Positions 39,510-48,650 of a stretch of 64,000 bases of DNA are shown here, one piece after another; position 1 is the first letter of the stretch, and each line of letters opens with the position of its first letter. The notes beneath the pieces are model-generated. The model searched no databases. It worked only from the letters and a program-made list of their open reading frames with translations, and was not told the DNA's origin. The stretch covers positions 1-64,000 of IMG/VR virus record IMGVR_UViG_3300017646_000001, one strand, 5' to 3'. A program made the position numbers and the translations under genes. The DNA comes from a virus.

Positions 39510-41014
39510 CAGAAGCCCGCCGGGTTAGCCTGTGCCCACTCCTCGCGTTTCGGTGGCGCGTTCGGCGAATCATCGAACCGGCCCACCGTGCCAAGAGCGC
39601 CGACCGGACAAATCAGGTGCTGTTCAGCGCGAGTGACGCCCACATACAGCAAATTAAGCTCATTTTGCAGTGCGGATTGCTTGGCAGGAAACCCATCCAG
39701 CACATCGTAGTCGCTCTTAAACTCGCGATAGTCGTAGAAGTCATCGAGCAGTTCGACTCGCTCGTATTCTTGTCCCTTGGCTTTATGGCCCGTGCCGAAG
39801 ATCATGTCGGCTTCGCCGCGTCGTTCGGTAACGTTGGTGCGCACCCGTTCGACCAGGGTAGGGATTTTGTCCCGATAGGTTTCGACGAGGTTGTACAGGC
39901 CGTGAATCTCAGGATCGAGAGACAGCTTGGTGCCATTATCACGTTTGTGCGTCGTTTCCTCGACGTACTTCTTCAGTTCGCCGTAGCTCTTGAAGTTGTT
40001 CTTGATATACTGGTCTTTGATCGAGTAGACGTCGCCCTTCCACAGGTAGTAGACGTCCAGAATCGGATCGAACTTGTAGCCGTCCTTGCCGCCGATGAAG
40101 TACAGCCGCGAATCGGGTCGATCGTACACCTGTTGAATCATGCGCGCCATCAGGCCAGCGTTGGTGCGCCCCAGCACAGCCCACTGGCGCGTGGTCACTT
40201 CGCGCTCGGGCTTCATGCCCACGATCGGATGCTTGTTGCCGCGCACGTTCAGGATGCGGTTGGCAACATCGGCCACGCCTTGGTGAAAGCGCCAGCTCTG
40301 CGTCAGGTGAAACTCTGCGCCGTCCACCATTTCCAGCGCGTTCACTGCGCCCCGAAAGGCGTAAAGCTGTTGGAACTCGTCGCCGACCAGCAGTCGTTTG
40401 CGGTCCTGCTTGAGCAGAATGTCCAGCATCACAGGGTTCCAGTCCTGGGCCTCGTCGACCACGATCCAGTCGATATCCAACACCGGTTTGGACAATTGAT
40501 ACTGCTTGAGATACACATCGTGCGTGGCCGGAAACCGGTCGAGCGGGTTGGTAGCACGCTCCCACATGTCTTCCACGAACTTGCGCACCTTGGCGTTCGT
40601 CCGTTCCAGCAGATCGCTGAATTCTTCCATGGTCTTATCCGACGCCAGGAACGCATTGAAGGCTTCTTTGGTCTGATAGGCCAGGTAGTACTGATTCCGC
40701 CCCATGCCCAGGGTTTCGACGATTTCCTTGAGCCGGTAGGCGTTGATCAGCTTGTGCTTGAGCGCCCGGCCGGTATAGGCGAAGGCGTGCGCGTGCATCG
40801 TCGTGTTGTACGAGTTGGACGGCATACGCAGGTTGGCTTCCTGAGCCGTCGAACGGTTGAACACGACGTACATGAAGCTTTCATGCGGCCGCGCCAGCAT
40901 GAAGTTTTCGCACAGGGTAGTTTTACCGGTCCCGGCGCGAGCTTGCACCTTGATAACCGGTTCTTGGCATTGAATTACAGCAGCTTGTTCGCTGGTAGGC
41001 GAAAACTTGGACAT
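39509..41014 (-). CDS. UvrD/Rep-family SF1 helicase
   Basis: ARAGTGKTT, VDEAQD, VGDEFQQLYAFRGA, LTQSWRF, HKAKGQEY, LLYVGVTRA. Confidence 0.95.
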   Translation of the reverse strand: MSKFSPTSEQAAVIQCQEPVIKVQARAGTGKTTLCENFMLARPHESFMYVVFNRSTAQEANLRMPSNSYNTTMHAHAFAYTGRALKHKLINAYRLKEIVETLGMGRNQYYLAYQTKEAFNAFLASDKTMEEFSDLLERTNAKVRKFVEDMWERATNPLDRFPATHDVYLKQYQLSKPVLDIDWIVVDEAQDWNPVMLDILLKQDRKRLLVGDEFQQLYAFRGAVNALEMVDGAEFHLTQSWRFHQGVADVANRILNVRGNKHPIVGMKPEREVTTRQWAVLGRTNAGLMARMIQQVYDRPDSRLYFIGGKDGYKFDPILDVYYLWKGDVYSIKDQYIKNNFKSYGELKKYVEETTHKRDNGTKLSLDPEIHGLYNLVETYRDKIPTLVERVRTNVTERRGEADMIFGTGHKAKGQEYERVELLDDFYDYREFKSDYDVLDGFPAKQSALQNELNLLYVGVTRAEQHLICPVGALGTVGRFDDSPNAPPKREEWAQANPAGF

Positions 41015-41136
41015 TTCATCGCTCCCACGGTGTTAAAAGAGTACTACCCTAATCAACGGCCACACATGGTGGTTTCACCTGAAAGCACCACTATTTTCAT
41101 TCGAGAGCGGTAAGATTTGTACTGTTACCCGTTACC

Positions 41137-41364
41137 CTATTGCTCCAAAGCGCGGAGCCGTACCCCCTGCGTCAATAGTGAGCCTGACATGGGCTGCTGG
41201 GGAGAAAACACCGTCTGACCCAACCAGACGTTCGAGATAGCGGCGGGTGCAATTCCCATAATACCAGGCTGGTAACCTGGGCCAGGAGCGAATCTCAGGC
41301 TAGTCGAAGCTACAAGCCAGAGCAGTGGGTTGATTCGGAAGTTGGATGTCCCGCTTATGTAGCT
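41137..41364 (+). ncRNA. Candidate structured non-coding RNA (family not recognised)
   Basis: Several nested complementary helices found by eye; G-U pairs favour the + strand. Confidence 0.4.
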
Positions 41365-41388
41365 GCCTCTCCGAGGCCTCTCCAGTTT

Positions 41389-41492
41389 TGGAGAGAAAAG
41401 ACCGCTCTCCCTCATGGTCCTCTCCACGTCCGTCCCCGCACTCGCGGGGCGGGCCTCCGGCGGGGTAGGGGGAGAGCTGTCTTTTCTCTCCA
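41389..41492. repeat. 23-bp inverted repeat (1 mismatch) enclosing a G-run cluster
   Basis: tggagagaaaagaccgctctccc (41389-41411) and gggagagctgtcttttctctcca (41470-41492). Confidence 0.9.
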
Positions 41493-41677
41493 GAAAGAAA
41501 AGAAAAAGACTCATAAATCTTTCCGCGAGCGCGAAGAGACGACCCCGCCGACCACTCTGCTTTCCGCTGTACTCCCCTGATCTTCGCTCGTCTTCCTGTG
41601 ATTCGTCGATTCCACGACGTTTCTGGTAGGAACTCGCCAATGCAGCGACTCCACTCTCCCACACAGGAATCTCTCTC

Positions 41678-41986
41678 ATGTCCATTAGCACCCGCAATAC
41701 CTTCGCTCCGGTCTACAAAGAGATTGCAGATAAGCGCGCTCATAAGCTGATGCCCGTTCGCCCCACTTACAAAGACCCCACTCCGGGAATCTATCGACAT
41801 CATTCTGGCCGTATCGTACACCTGCTGCGCGTAGAAACCCTTCCGACCCGGCAAACCCGAGTCGCGGTGTATTCGGCGGATGGTTCTGAACACCGGCTGC
41901 AGCGCCTGCCCGTCGCCAAGTTTTCCGAAATGCTGTTAATCGGCGGTCGAGCGGTGAAGCGCTTTGAGCCGGTGACGCAACAGTGA
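41678..41986 (+). CDS. DUF1653-like protein
   Basis: PGIYRHHSG...VAVY...P...FSE.......RF; AGGA RBS. Confidence 0.6.
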   Translation: MSISTRNTFAPVYKEIADKRAHKLMPVRPTYKDPTPGIYRHHSGRIVHLLRVETLPTRQTRVAVYSADGSEHRLQRLPVAKFSEMLLIGGRAVKRFEPVTQQ

Positions 41987-42021
41987 TCAAACGTTACGGG
42001 GTTTAGACTGGAGTCACAGCT

Positions 42022-42612
42022 ATGCCCCGTATCCTTTTGGTGGGAGCTTCTTCCACCGGTAAAACCACTCTCGCCCGTGAAATCGAAGCCAAGCTCGGCA
42101 TCCCGTTCGTATCGGTGCAAACCGGCGACTTGATGCGCGAGTGCGGCGTCCACAGCCACCCTGACCTGCTGCGCCGAACCCCGGAATTTCAGGCCGAATT
42201 TCAGCTTCGACTCGCCCTGGACCGCCTATCCCTGATGCGCCAGCACGAAAATTGCGTGATGGACCGTAGTCCCTTGGACGCCTACGTCTACTACCTGCTC
42301 GGGCCGGCCGCACACCTGAACGCGGAACAAGGCGACTTGCTAGTCGACGCGATGCGCCAGGCGCTGCAACTGTCCGACCTGTCGGTCTACTACAAATTTG
42401 GGTCGATCCCGCTATCGGCCAACGACTTGCGGTCGACCAATCCGCATTTTCACCAAGCCACGTGCGCGTTGTACGGTCACCTGCTGAGCCAGCTTACCAT
42501 GGATGCTCGTCGCCCGTACCGTACGTCGCGCGTGTCCAAGCTGGAGCACCGACTGGCCGAAATCGTCGCATACCTCACTCCGGCTGACCCCTGCTGCGCT
42601 GAGGCTTCGTAA
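42022..42612 (+). CDS. P-loop nucleotide kinase-like ATPase (AAA_28 type)
   Basis: GASSTGKTT; VMDRSPLDAYVY. Confidence 0.85.
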   Translation: MPRILLVGASSTGKTTLAREIEAKLGIPFVSVQTGDLMRECGVHSHPDLLRRTPEFQAEFQLRLALDRLSLMRQHENCVMDRSPLDAYVYYLLGPAAHLNAEQGDLLVDAMRQALQLSDLSVYYKFGSIPLSANDLRSTNPHFHQATCALYGHLLSQLTMDARRPYRTSRVSKLEHRLAEIVAYLTPADPCCAEAS

Positions 42613-42659
42613 AGTTTTGGGGGTTAACCGTTTTATGGAGAAAAACTCCAGGCAGCATC

Positions 42660-42974
42660 ATGTCTACCCCCAAAAACCTTACTCGGTTCTTCGATCAGCG
42701 CACGCCTGACCTACAGCAGTGGGCGCGTGTAGACCCAGACCAGCACCCGCTCGCCCGTTTGGAGCAGGCAGCGGGTATTACTGCCAAGGAAGCGGCCCGA
42801 CGTTTGGGAATCAGTGTGCGGCAGTACATGCGCTATAAGTCGGGCAAGATTCGCATTTCGGATACGGTACTGCTGCTGATTGACAGCGGAGCCCTGACCC
42901 GGCCGCGCACGGAGTTGGCAATCGAGCGGGAGTTGCAAAAATGGCACAAACGCAGCAATACTTCCAACGACTGA
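42660..42974 (+). CDS. XRE-type helix-turn-helix protein
   Basis: GITAKEAARRLGISVRQYMRYKSG. Confidence 0.8.
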   Translation: MSTPKNLTRFFDQRTPDLQQWARVDPDQHPLARLEQAAGITAKEAARRLGISVRQYMRYKSGKIRISDTVLLLIDSGALTRPRTELAIERELQKWHKRSNTSND

Positions 42975-43068
42975 TACTGGATGTGCGTTCCGTGTACGCG
43001 CGGCGCAGTCTGGTAGGCCGTATGGTACGTGGCATGCGGTCTGCGCGGCGCGTTTTAGGAGACCAGCC

Positions 43069-44547
43069 TTGGTAGTGGAGCCACGCCTCTACGGCTACTA
43101 CGCGGCCATCTCGACAGAGTTGGCCGCTCGATTATTTGTAGCTAGCGATGACGTTAAGGTGCGCGGCGCAAAGGGCATGATCCAAAACCGCCGTGTGCAA
43201 CGTGCGTTGTATCGGGACAGCCCGGTAGACGGATACTCGCTCGTGCCGGTTGGGTTATTGGGCAGGCCTCAACGCATAGCAGGAGAAGACGTACAGTTCG
43301 CGCTCCCACCGGTCGAGGCCGTGCCCTTTGACGCTGTACCCGAAATTCGTTGGGACTCGTTACGCTCCTACCAGTTAGAAGCAGTAGAAAAAGCGGTGTC
43401 GTCCCGCTCTGGCATGATAGAAATGCCGACGGGTTCTGGTAAGTCCAGGGCGCAGGTGGTTTCTTGCCTCTTGCTGGCTACGATTGGCCCGGTGTATTAC
43501 ATGACGCCAGGCCACACTGTGGTGGAAAATTTCTACGAAGAGTGGGAGAGCCTGCAACAGGAATGGGGAGTGCGCTTTACTCAGCGGTTAGTCGAATACG
43601 ACGCCGTGCGCGCTGGTTATCAGCTAGGTTTGGGCGACATTCTGGTCGGCCCTTCCATTAAGCTTGTTAACGACGGTCGTCCGCTAAACCGCGTGCGCAC
43701 TTTGATCACGGACGAGGGCCACCACTGGACTTCCGATACCAATCACGCCGCACTCGCTCTCATGCCCGACCTGGAGCGTTCGATCTCCTTCTCTGGTACT
43801 CCGTTTGATGGCAAGCTTAACCCAGATAGCATTCGGCATACCGATTATGACAACGCGCGTATTATTGCGGGCTCTGGATATTCCATTCACACCACGTTAC
43901 CGGAAGAAATCAGCGAGTACGTAGACTTACCGGACGTGTGCAACCTGATGTTTCAATGGACGCCGGCTGAACTAAAGGGAGTACAGAACACCAACAACTG
44001 GGTGGCTATCTCTCGTGCTATGAAACGCAACGATCGCCGCACCCGGCTAATCGCCGCCGTGGTAGATGGACTGTGCGCGTTAGGTCGTACTTCGGTGACT
44101 CCGTTTTCTTCCAAGGACTACGCGTTGGCTGTGCTAGAAGCCTCAAATGACCCACGCGTGGTGTGCTGGTTCGGCGATGGCGTGCTCATCCACCGTGGCA
44201 ATAATGTAGAACGCTGCTCCATCGAGCAAGTAAAGGAACGCGTCAACGAGGGAACGTATGCTTCGTTGTTGACCACGTCCCACGTGGACGAAAGTCTAAA
44301 TATTCCCAAAATCAATACGACTTTCTTGGCCGAAGGCAAGAAGCTGCGCCGCGTGAAGCAGCGCGCCGGCCGCGCCATTCGTAAGGGCGAACTGAAAAGC
44401 ACTATCATTAACATGTACGACATGGGTCAAGAGGTGCTGCGCGCTCAGGCCCGGTATCGTGCTGACGAATTGACTGCTTACTATAAGACGAAGCAGTATC
44501 GGTTCAACCACCCGTTAGAGTTGGTTGACTATCTCGCTTCTCTCTAG
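43069..44547 (+). CDS. SF2 helicase (UvsW-like)
   Basis: LRSYQLEAV, MPTGSGKS, DEGHH, FSGTP, QRAGRAIR; TTG start with AGGAG RBS. Confidence 0.9.
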   Translation: MVVEPRLYGYYAAISTELAARLFVASDDVKVRGAKGMIQNRRVQRALYRDSPVDGYSLVPVGLLGRPQRIAGEDVQFALPPVEAVPFDAVPEIRWDSLRSYQLEAVEKAVSSRSGMIEMPTGSGKSRAQVVSCLLLATIGPVYYMTPGHTVVENFYEEWESLQQEWGVRFTQRLVEYDAVRAGYQLGLGDILVGPSIKLVNDGRPLNRVRTLITDEGHHWTSDTNHAALALMPDLERSISFSGTPFDGKLNPDSIRHTDYDNARIIAGSGYSIHTTLPEEISEYVDLPDVCNLMFQWTPAELKGVQNTNNWVAISRAMKRNDRRTRLIAAVVDGLCALGRTSVTPFSSKDYALAVLEASNDPRVVCWFGDGVLIHRGNNVERCSIEQVKERVNEGTYASLLTTSHVDESLNIPKINTTFLAEGKKLRRVKQRAGRAIRKGELKSTIINMYDMGQEVLRAQARYRADELTAYYKTKQYRFNHPLELVDYLASL

Positions 44548-44556
44548 GAACATGTA

Positions 44557-47361
44557 ATGAAAATTTGTCTCTCGGCGGATTGGCATTGTCATCCGTGGTC
44601 CACTCACGCTCGGTATAACGAATTTGGTGTTCCGGATCGGTTGGAGCTGTTTCTGACACTGGCGCAAGATATTCGCCAGTTGTGCGCGCAGCGCGGCGTG
44701 GAACACCAAATCGTAGCGGGCGACATCCTGCAAACGCATTCCCCCAAACCGATGGTGTCGAACACGGTGCGCGCCATGTTCGATGTGTTCGAAGAAGCTG
44801 AAATCCACACCTTGGTTGTGGTAGGCAACCACGACGTCGATCAGAAGTCAGGGCGGTTTGACGATATCCACTCCGGCCTAGCCGCTTTGGTGCGAGGGTA
44901 TAAGCACGTGGAATACTACGGTGCGCCGGCTACGGTCGCGTTCGCCGGTCAACGGGTTTATATCCACCCGTGGGTACACGGCGAACCTAACTACGACGCC
45001 ATGCCGGAGGCTGACATCTTTGTCGGTCACGGCATCGTTCAGCAGTCAACCGACCCGCATGGACACGTATTCGAGAATGGGTACGACGCGCGACGTTTGG
45101 GCGAGCACTTCCGATTTTCGGTTATCGGGGATATCCATCGTGGCCAAGTATTGCACGGTGAGAACGGCAGCAAGACGCTGATTCCTGGTCAGCCAATGCA
45201 AATTAACCATGCTTCAGATCCTAATTCCGGTATTTGGTTTCTGGATACCGAAGACTATAGCTTGGAGTTCGTGCCGACCACTGAATTCCCGTCTGCTGAT
45301 CGGTACCACCGGTTTCTTTCTGTAGAAGGAGAGCCGCCTACCGATGCGCCTGCCAACGTGCACTATAAGCGCAAGATGTCGCGTAAGAGCGCAGACCGGC
45401 AGCAGGTGGAAACCGAAGTCGTGCAGGTGGCTCAGCAAAACCTGCTGGACGTGGCTCTGTCCGAGTTCCATATGCTCAAGCCCGAGCATGCTGAAGAGGG
45501 TGCACAACTTCTGAGGGACGCCTACGAGCAAGTGCGCGAGATGGCCCCTAAGGAGCGCATCCACTCCAACCAGCGTTTGGGCCGTTTGGAGATCCACGAC
45601 TTCTACTCCATTCCGGACTACGTGCTGGATTTGCAGCAAATGGAAGGCGACGTACTGATCGTCGGAAAGAACGGACACGGCAAGTCCAGTCTGGTAGAGG
45701 CCGTGTTTTGGTGCTTAACGGGCGAGAACACCAAGCGCACGCCGGTTGATCAAATCTCGAACAATGTCACCGGTCAGCCAGCACGGGTTTCTCTGGAAGT
45801 CTTGGATGGCAAGGATGTGTGGAAGATCACACGTTCTCGTGCCGAGCCGTTGCTCACTCTGGAGCAAAATGGAGTCAGCCAGACTAAGGCCAAGACGATC
45901 GAAACCCAGGAACAGATTTATCAGCTGTTGGGCATGCGCGGCGCGTCCGACCTACTGTCGTTGATTTATTTCTCAGTCAATCAGAACAAGTCGTTCTCGG
46001 ACATGTTGCCCAGCGAACAGCTGGAGTTTTTGGGTCGCTTGACTGACTCCGAACAGTTCGAGGAGTTCAAGCGCATCCTGTCCGAACAGGAAGTCGAACT
46101 ATCGCGTCAATACTCGGAGCATTTGATCGAGCAGCGTACGGTCCAAGGTTTGATCGAACAGCGAGAAGCGCAGATCGCTGAGCTTTCCCAACGCTCTGCG
46201 ACCGACGTAGAGCAGGCCGCTATCGCTCGCGTCAATGAGCACTATGGGTTGGAATTGACCAACTCCGCCGACGCCAAACGCGCGTTACAGGCGGTGCAAA
46301 CCACGCTGCAACAAAAGGCCGACGCCTGCGCTACCGAACAAGAAGCCAGTAATGCTGAAAACGCGTTGCGCATTACTCGCTCAGCCATCACGCAGCAGGA
46401 AAACGCGCTTTCCCGAACTCAGGTCGAGCTGACGCGCATAGAAGGCGACATCGGCACTCTGACGCGCCGTTACGAGCAGGCTCTGTCTAACAAGTGCCCT
46501 GAGTGCGGTCAGGCTGTGCACGACCCAGATATCCAAAACCGTATTCTGGCTCAGGTTAAGGAAGTAGGACAACGGCGCAAGTCTCTACTAACCGAAGTTT
46601 CCGCGATCGAGCAAGAAATCTCGGCGCTGCGTCAAAAAGAACCCGGTCAAGCTACGCTTGCCGCTCAGATGCGGGAGAGTGCTACCAATCGTGCCGGGTT
46701 CGAATTTCAAGTCAAGCAGGCTGCCGCTCTGCTGTTGGAGTTCGAAGCCGAAGTCACGGACCACGCTGCCAAGATACAACATTACCAGGATGATATCAAG
46801 CAGCTCAAGACACGCTTGGCTAATTCCCGCGCGGAGTCTGATAAGTTGGAACCGCGTTATCGCGCTGCTCAGTTAATTAAGAGCAAAATGCTGGTGAAGA
46901 ACTCCAGCATGGTGCAGCAGATGGTGTCTGGTGTCTACGCTGCGTTAGTACAGACCATGAACGACATGGTGGGTGACCGCCGCTTGTTTCATGCTAAGGC
47001 TGTGACTGGCAAAAAGCTGGACATGAAGGTGTCGTTCCGAGGCGAGAAGCCGGTCACGATGCGTGGCATGAGCGCGGGCGAACGCCGCTTGCTCGATATT
47101 CTGTCCCTCTTCGCTCTGAACACTATGTTTGAGCGCCGGTTTGGGCTGCAAGACGGCATTCTTGGCGTAGCCTTCTACGACGAAATTGTCACCTACCTGG
47201 ACCCCGAATACCTGGATATCGTGTTCTCTGCTATCCAGAATCTGCAAACGCGCCTTCGCGTCATGGTGACACACGACGAGAACCTGATGAGCTACTACGA
47301 TAAGATCATCCGTGTTGAGAAGGTAGATCGACTCACCCGATTCACGATGATAAACATGTAA
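44557..47361 (+). CDS. Fused Mre11/SbcD nuclease and Rad50/SbcC ATPase (gp47-gp46 fusion)
   Basis: ADWH, AGD, GNHD, GDIH; GKNGHGKSS; coiled coil with CPEC hook; MSAGE; YDE; VTH. Confidence 0.93.
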   Translation: MKICLSADWHCHPWSTHARYNEFGVPDRLELFLTLAQDIRQLCAQRGVEHQIVAGDILQTHSPKPMVSNTVRAMFDVFEEAEIHTLVVVGNHDVDQKSGRFDDIHSGLAALVRGYKHVEYYGAPATVAFAGQRVYIHPWVHGEPNYDAMPEADIFVGHGIVQQSTDPHGHVFENGYDARRLGEHFRFSVIGDIHRGQVLHGENGSKTLIPGQPMQINHASDPNSGIWFLDTEDYSLEFVPTTEFPSADRYHRFLSVEGEPPTDAPANVHYKRKMSRKSADRQQVETEVVQVAQQNLLDVALSEFHMLKPEHAEEGAQLLRDAYEQVREMAPKERIHSNQRLGRLEIHDFYSIPDYVLDLQQMEGDVLIVGKNGHGKSSLVEAVFWCLTGENTKRTPVDQISNNVTGQPARVSLEVLDGKDVWKITRSRAEPLLTLEQNGVSQTKAKTIETQEQIYQLLGMRGASDLLSLIYFSVNQNKSFSDMLPSEQLEFLGRLTDSEQFEEFKRILSEQEVELSRQYSEHLIEQRTVQGLIEQREAQIAELSQRSATDVEQAAIARVNEHYGLELTNSADAKRALQAVQTTLQQKADACATEQEASNAENALRITRSAITQQENALSRTQVELTRIEGDIGTLTRRYEQALSNKCPECGQAVHDPDIQNRILAQVKEVGQRRKSLLTEVSAIEQEISALRQKEPGQATLAAQMRESATNRAGFEFQVKQAAALLLEFEAEVTDHAAKIQHYQDDIKQLKTRLANSRAESDKLEPRYRAAQLIKSKMLVKNSSMVQQMVSGVYAALVQTMNDMVGDRRLFHAKAVTGKKLDMKVSFRGEKPVTMRGMSAGERRLLDILSLFALNTMFERRFGLQDGILGVAFYDEIVTYLDPEYLDIVFSAIQNLQTRLRVMVTHDENLMSYYDKIIRVEKVDRLTRFTMINM

Positions 47362-47387
47362 CGTCGAATCGTTAATAGTTGGACCGT

Positions 47388-47435
47388 GGGCGCTCCAAAC
47401 AGGGGTGAGCGTCTCGGCATAGTGCGAGTACCCCT
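47388..47435 (+). promoter_or_regulatory. Predicted H-type RNA pseudoknot in the SSB leader
   Basis: S1 gggcgctc/gagcgtct; S2 aggggt/acccct; ends 5 nt before AGGA. Confidence 0.6.
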
Positions 47436-47451
47436 AGATTAGGAAAAAGAC

Positions 47452-48450
47452 ATGAGTGAAGCTCCCAAGCCTATCCGCAACCTCGAAATGACGGATGCGG
47501 ACTTCGAGAACATCGAGCTGTTCTCTGGCGTACAACAAGACGCCGAGCAATACCGTGACCAGAACTCCGACGACGACCGCGCCCCGACCGCCTACATCGA
47601 CGAAGGCAACTACTGGGTGCGCCTGTACCCTGAAATGATCATCAACGAAGCCGGCGCGCGTCAACTCGTCGTGGTACGCCGCTTCTGGTCCTACCAGCGT
47701 GCCTTCGGTGTACGCCGCCTGCCCGCTCCCAAGGACGGTGACTGCCCGATCCGCCAGCAAGTGCAGCGCCTGAAGGACGCCAACTACGACGAGGCTTGGA
47801 AGTATACGGCCAAGGAAGAAGGCCTGATCAAGCTGTACATCTACAAGATGTCGCTCAAGGACCACAAGTACATCAAGGTCAAGACCCCGATGTTCTTCAT
47901 CTTGCGCCGCAAGCAGCTGACTGCCCTGGCCGACTTCCTGGCCGACCTGTCGCCCGAAGACCTGCGCAACATCATGAACCCGCGCGTGGCTGCGCCGCTG
48001 ATCAAGTTCTCGTTCACCAAGGGCTCCGGCGGCTCGTCTTCGTTCGGCTTCGATCTCGCTCGTGAAGAGCTGCCTCCGCTGCCCGAAGACTTCCCTTCGC
48101 TGTACGATGTGGTCATGCCCGAATCGGACGCCAAACCGCCCACCGACGAAGAAATCGCCAAGTACAAGAAGGGCATCAGCGCCTTGCTGGCTGCCGGTAC
48201 CAACCTGCTCAACCCCGACGAGCAGGAAGGCGGCGAAAACCCGATGGCGCGCGCCAAGGCTGCTGCCGCTGGCTCGGCCAAGGAGCTGGTGAACAACGTC
48301 AAGAGCGCCGCCGCTCAAGCCGCTGCCGCGTCGGGCCTGGCTGGTGGTGCAAAGCCGGCCGAAGAGGCGGCTCAGACGGAAACCCAGGTCAACGCCAGCG
48401 ATCCGAGCGATGCGGCGCGTCGCGCCGTACAGGCTGCGCTGGGAGAGTGA
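47452..48450 (+). CDS. Single-stranded DNA-binding protein (gp32-like)
   Basis: GNYWVRLYP, DCPI.Q, flexible A-rich/acidic tail, extreme codon bias, between Rad50 and RecA. Confidence 0.75.
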   Translation: MSEAPKPIRNLEMTDADFENIELFSGVQQDAEQYRDQNSDDDRAPTAYIDEGNYWVRLYPEMIINEAGARQLVVVRRFWSYQRAFGVRRLPAPKDGDCPIRQQVQRLKDANYDEAWKYTAKEEGLIKLYIYKMSLKDHKYIKVKTPMFFILRRKQLTALADFLADLSPEDLRNIMNPRVAAPLIKFSFTKGSGGSSSFGFDLAREELPPLPEDFPSLYDVVMPESDAKPPTDEEIAKYKKGISALLAAGTNLLNPDEQEGGENPMARAKAAAAGSAKELVNNVKSAAAQAAAASGLAGGAKPAEEAAQTETQVNASDPSDAARRAVQAALGE

Positions 48451-48477
48451 TCGCCCGATCCGGTTGATGCAGTCAGA

Positions 48478-48512
48478 GAAAACCCCGGCCAGTCCGGGGT
48501 TTTCTTGTTTTT
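48478..48512 (+). terminator. Intrinsic terminator after SSB (possibly bidirectional)
   Basis: gaaaaccccgg-ccagt-ccggggttttc followed by ttgttttt. Confidence 0.85.
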
Positions 48513-48650
48513 CGACCGATCCCGCTCGTTCGGTCGGCAATCCGGACACATCGGGCTATCACCCAGACTGCCTGTTTTGCGAGCACTACGAAGCCTGCGT
48601 AGATCTGCTGCTCCCGGACGTTCCTTACTAGCCCCACTCTTTAGAACGTC

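Noticed and set aside
39617-41113. 498-aa ORF antisense to the UvrD helicase
   Set aside because: Codon-aligned shadow of a biased gene (few TTA/CTA/TCA codons); TTG start and no recognisable motifs
41240-41266. T-arm-like GGGTGCAATTCCC suggesting tRNA or tmRNA
   Set aside because: No acceptor stem, anticodon arm or tag reading frame could be built
41137-41893. Two minus-strand ORFs (186 and 197 aa) over the structured intergenic region
   Set aside because: R/S/G-rich, atypical codons, mutually overlapping and conflicting with the DUF1653-like gene; not fully excluded
47434-48549. 371-aa ORF antisense to SSB
   Set aside because: Shadow ORF of a highly biased gene
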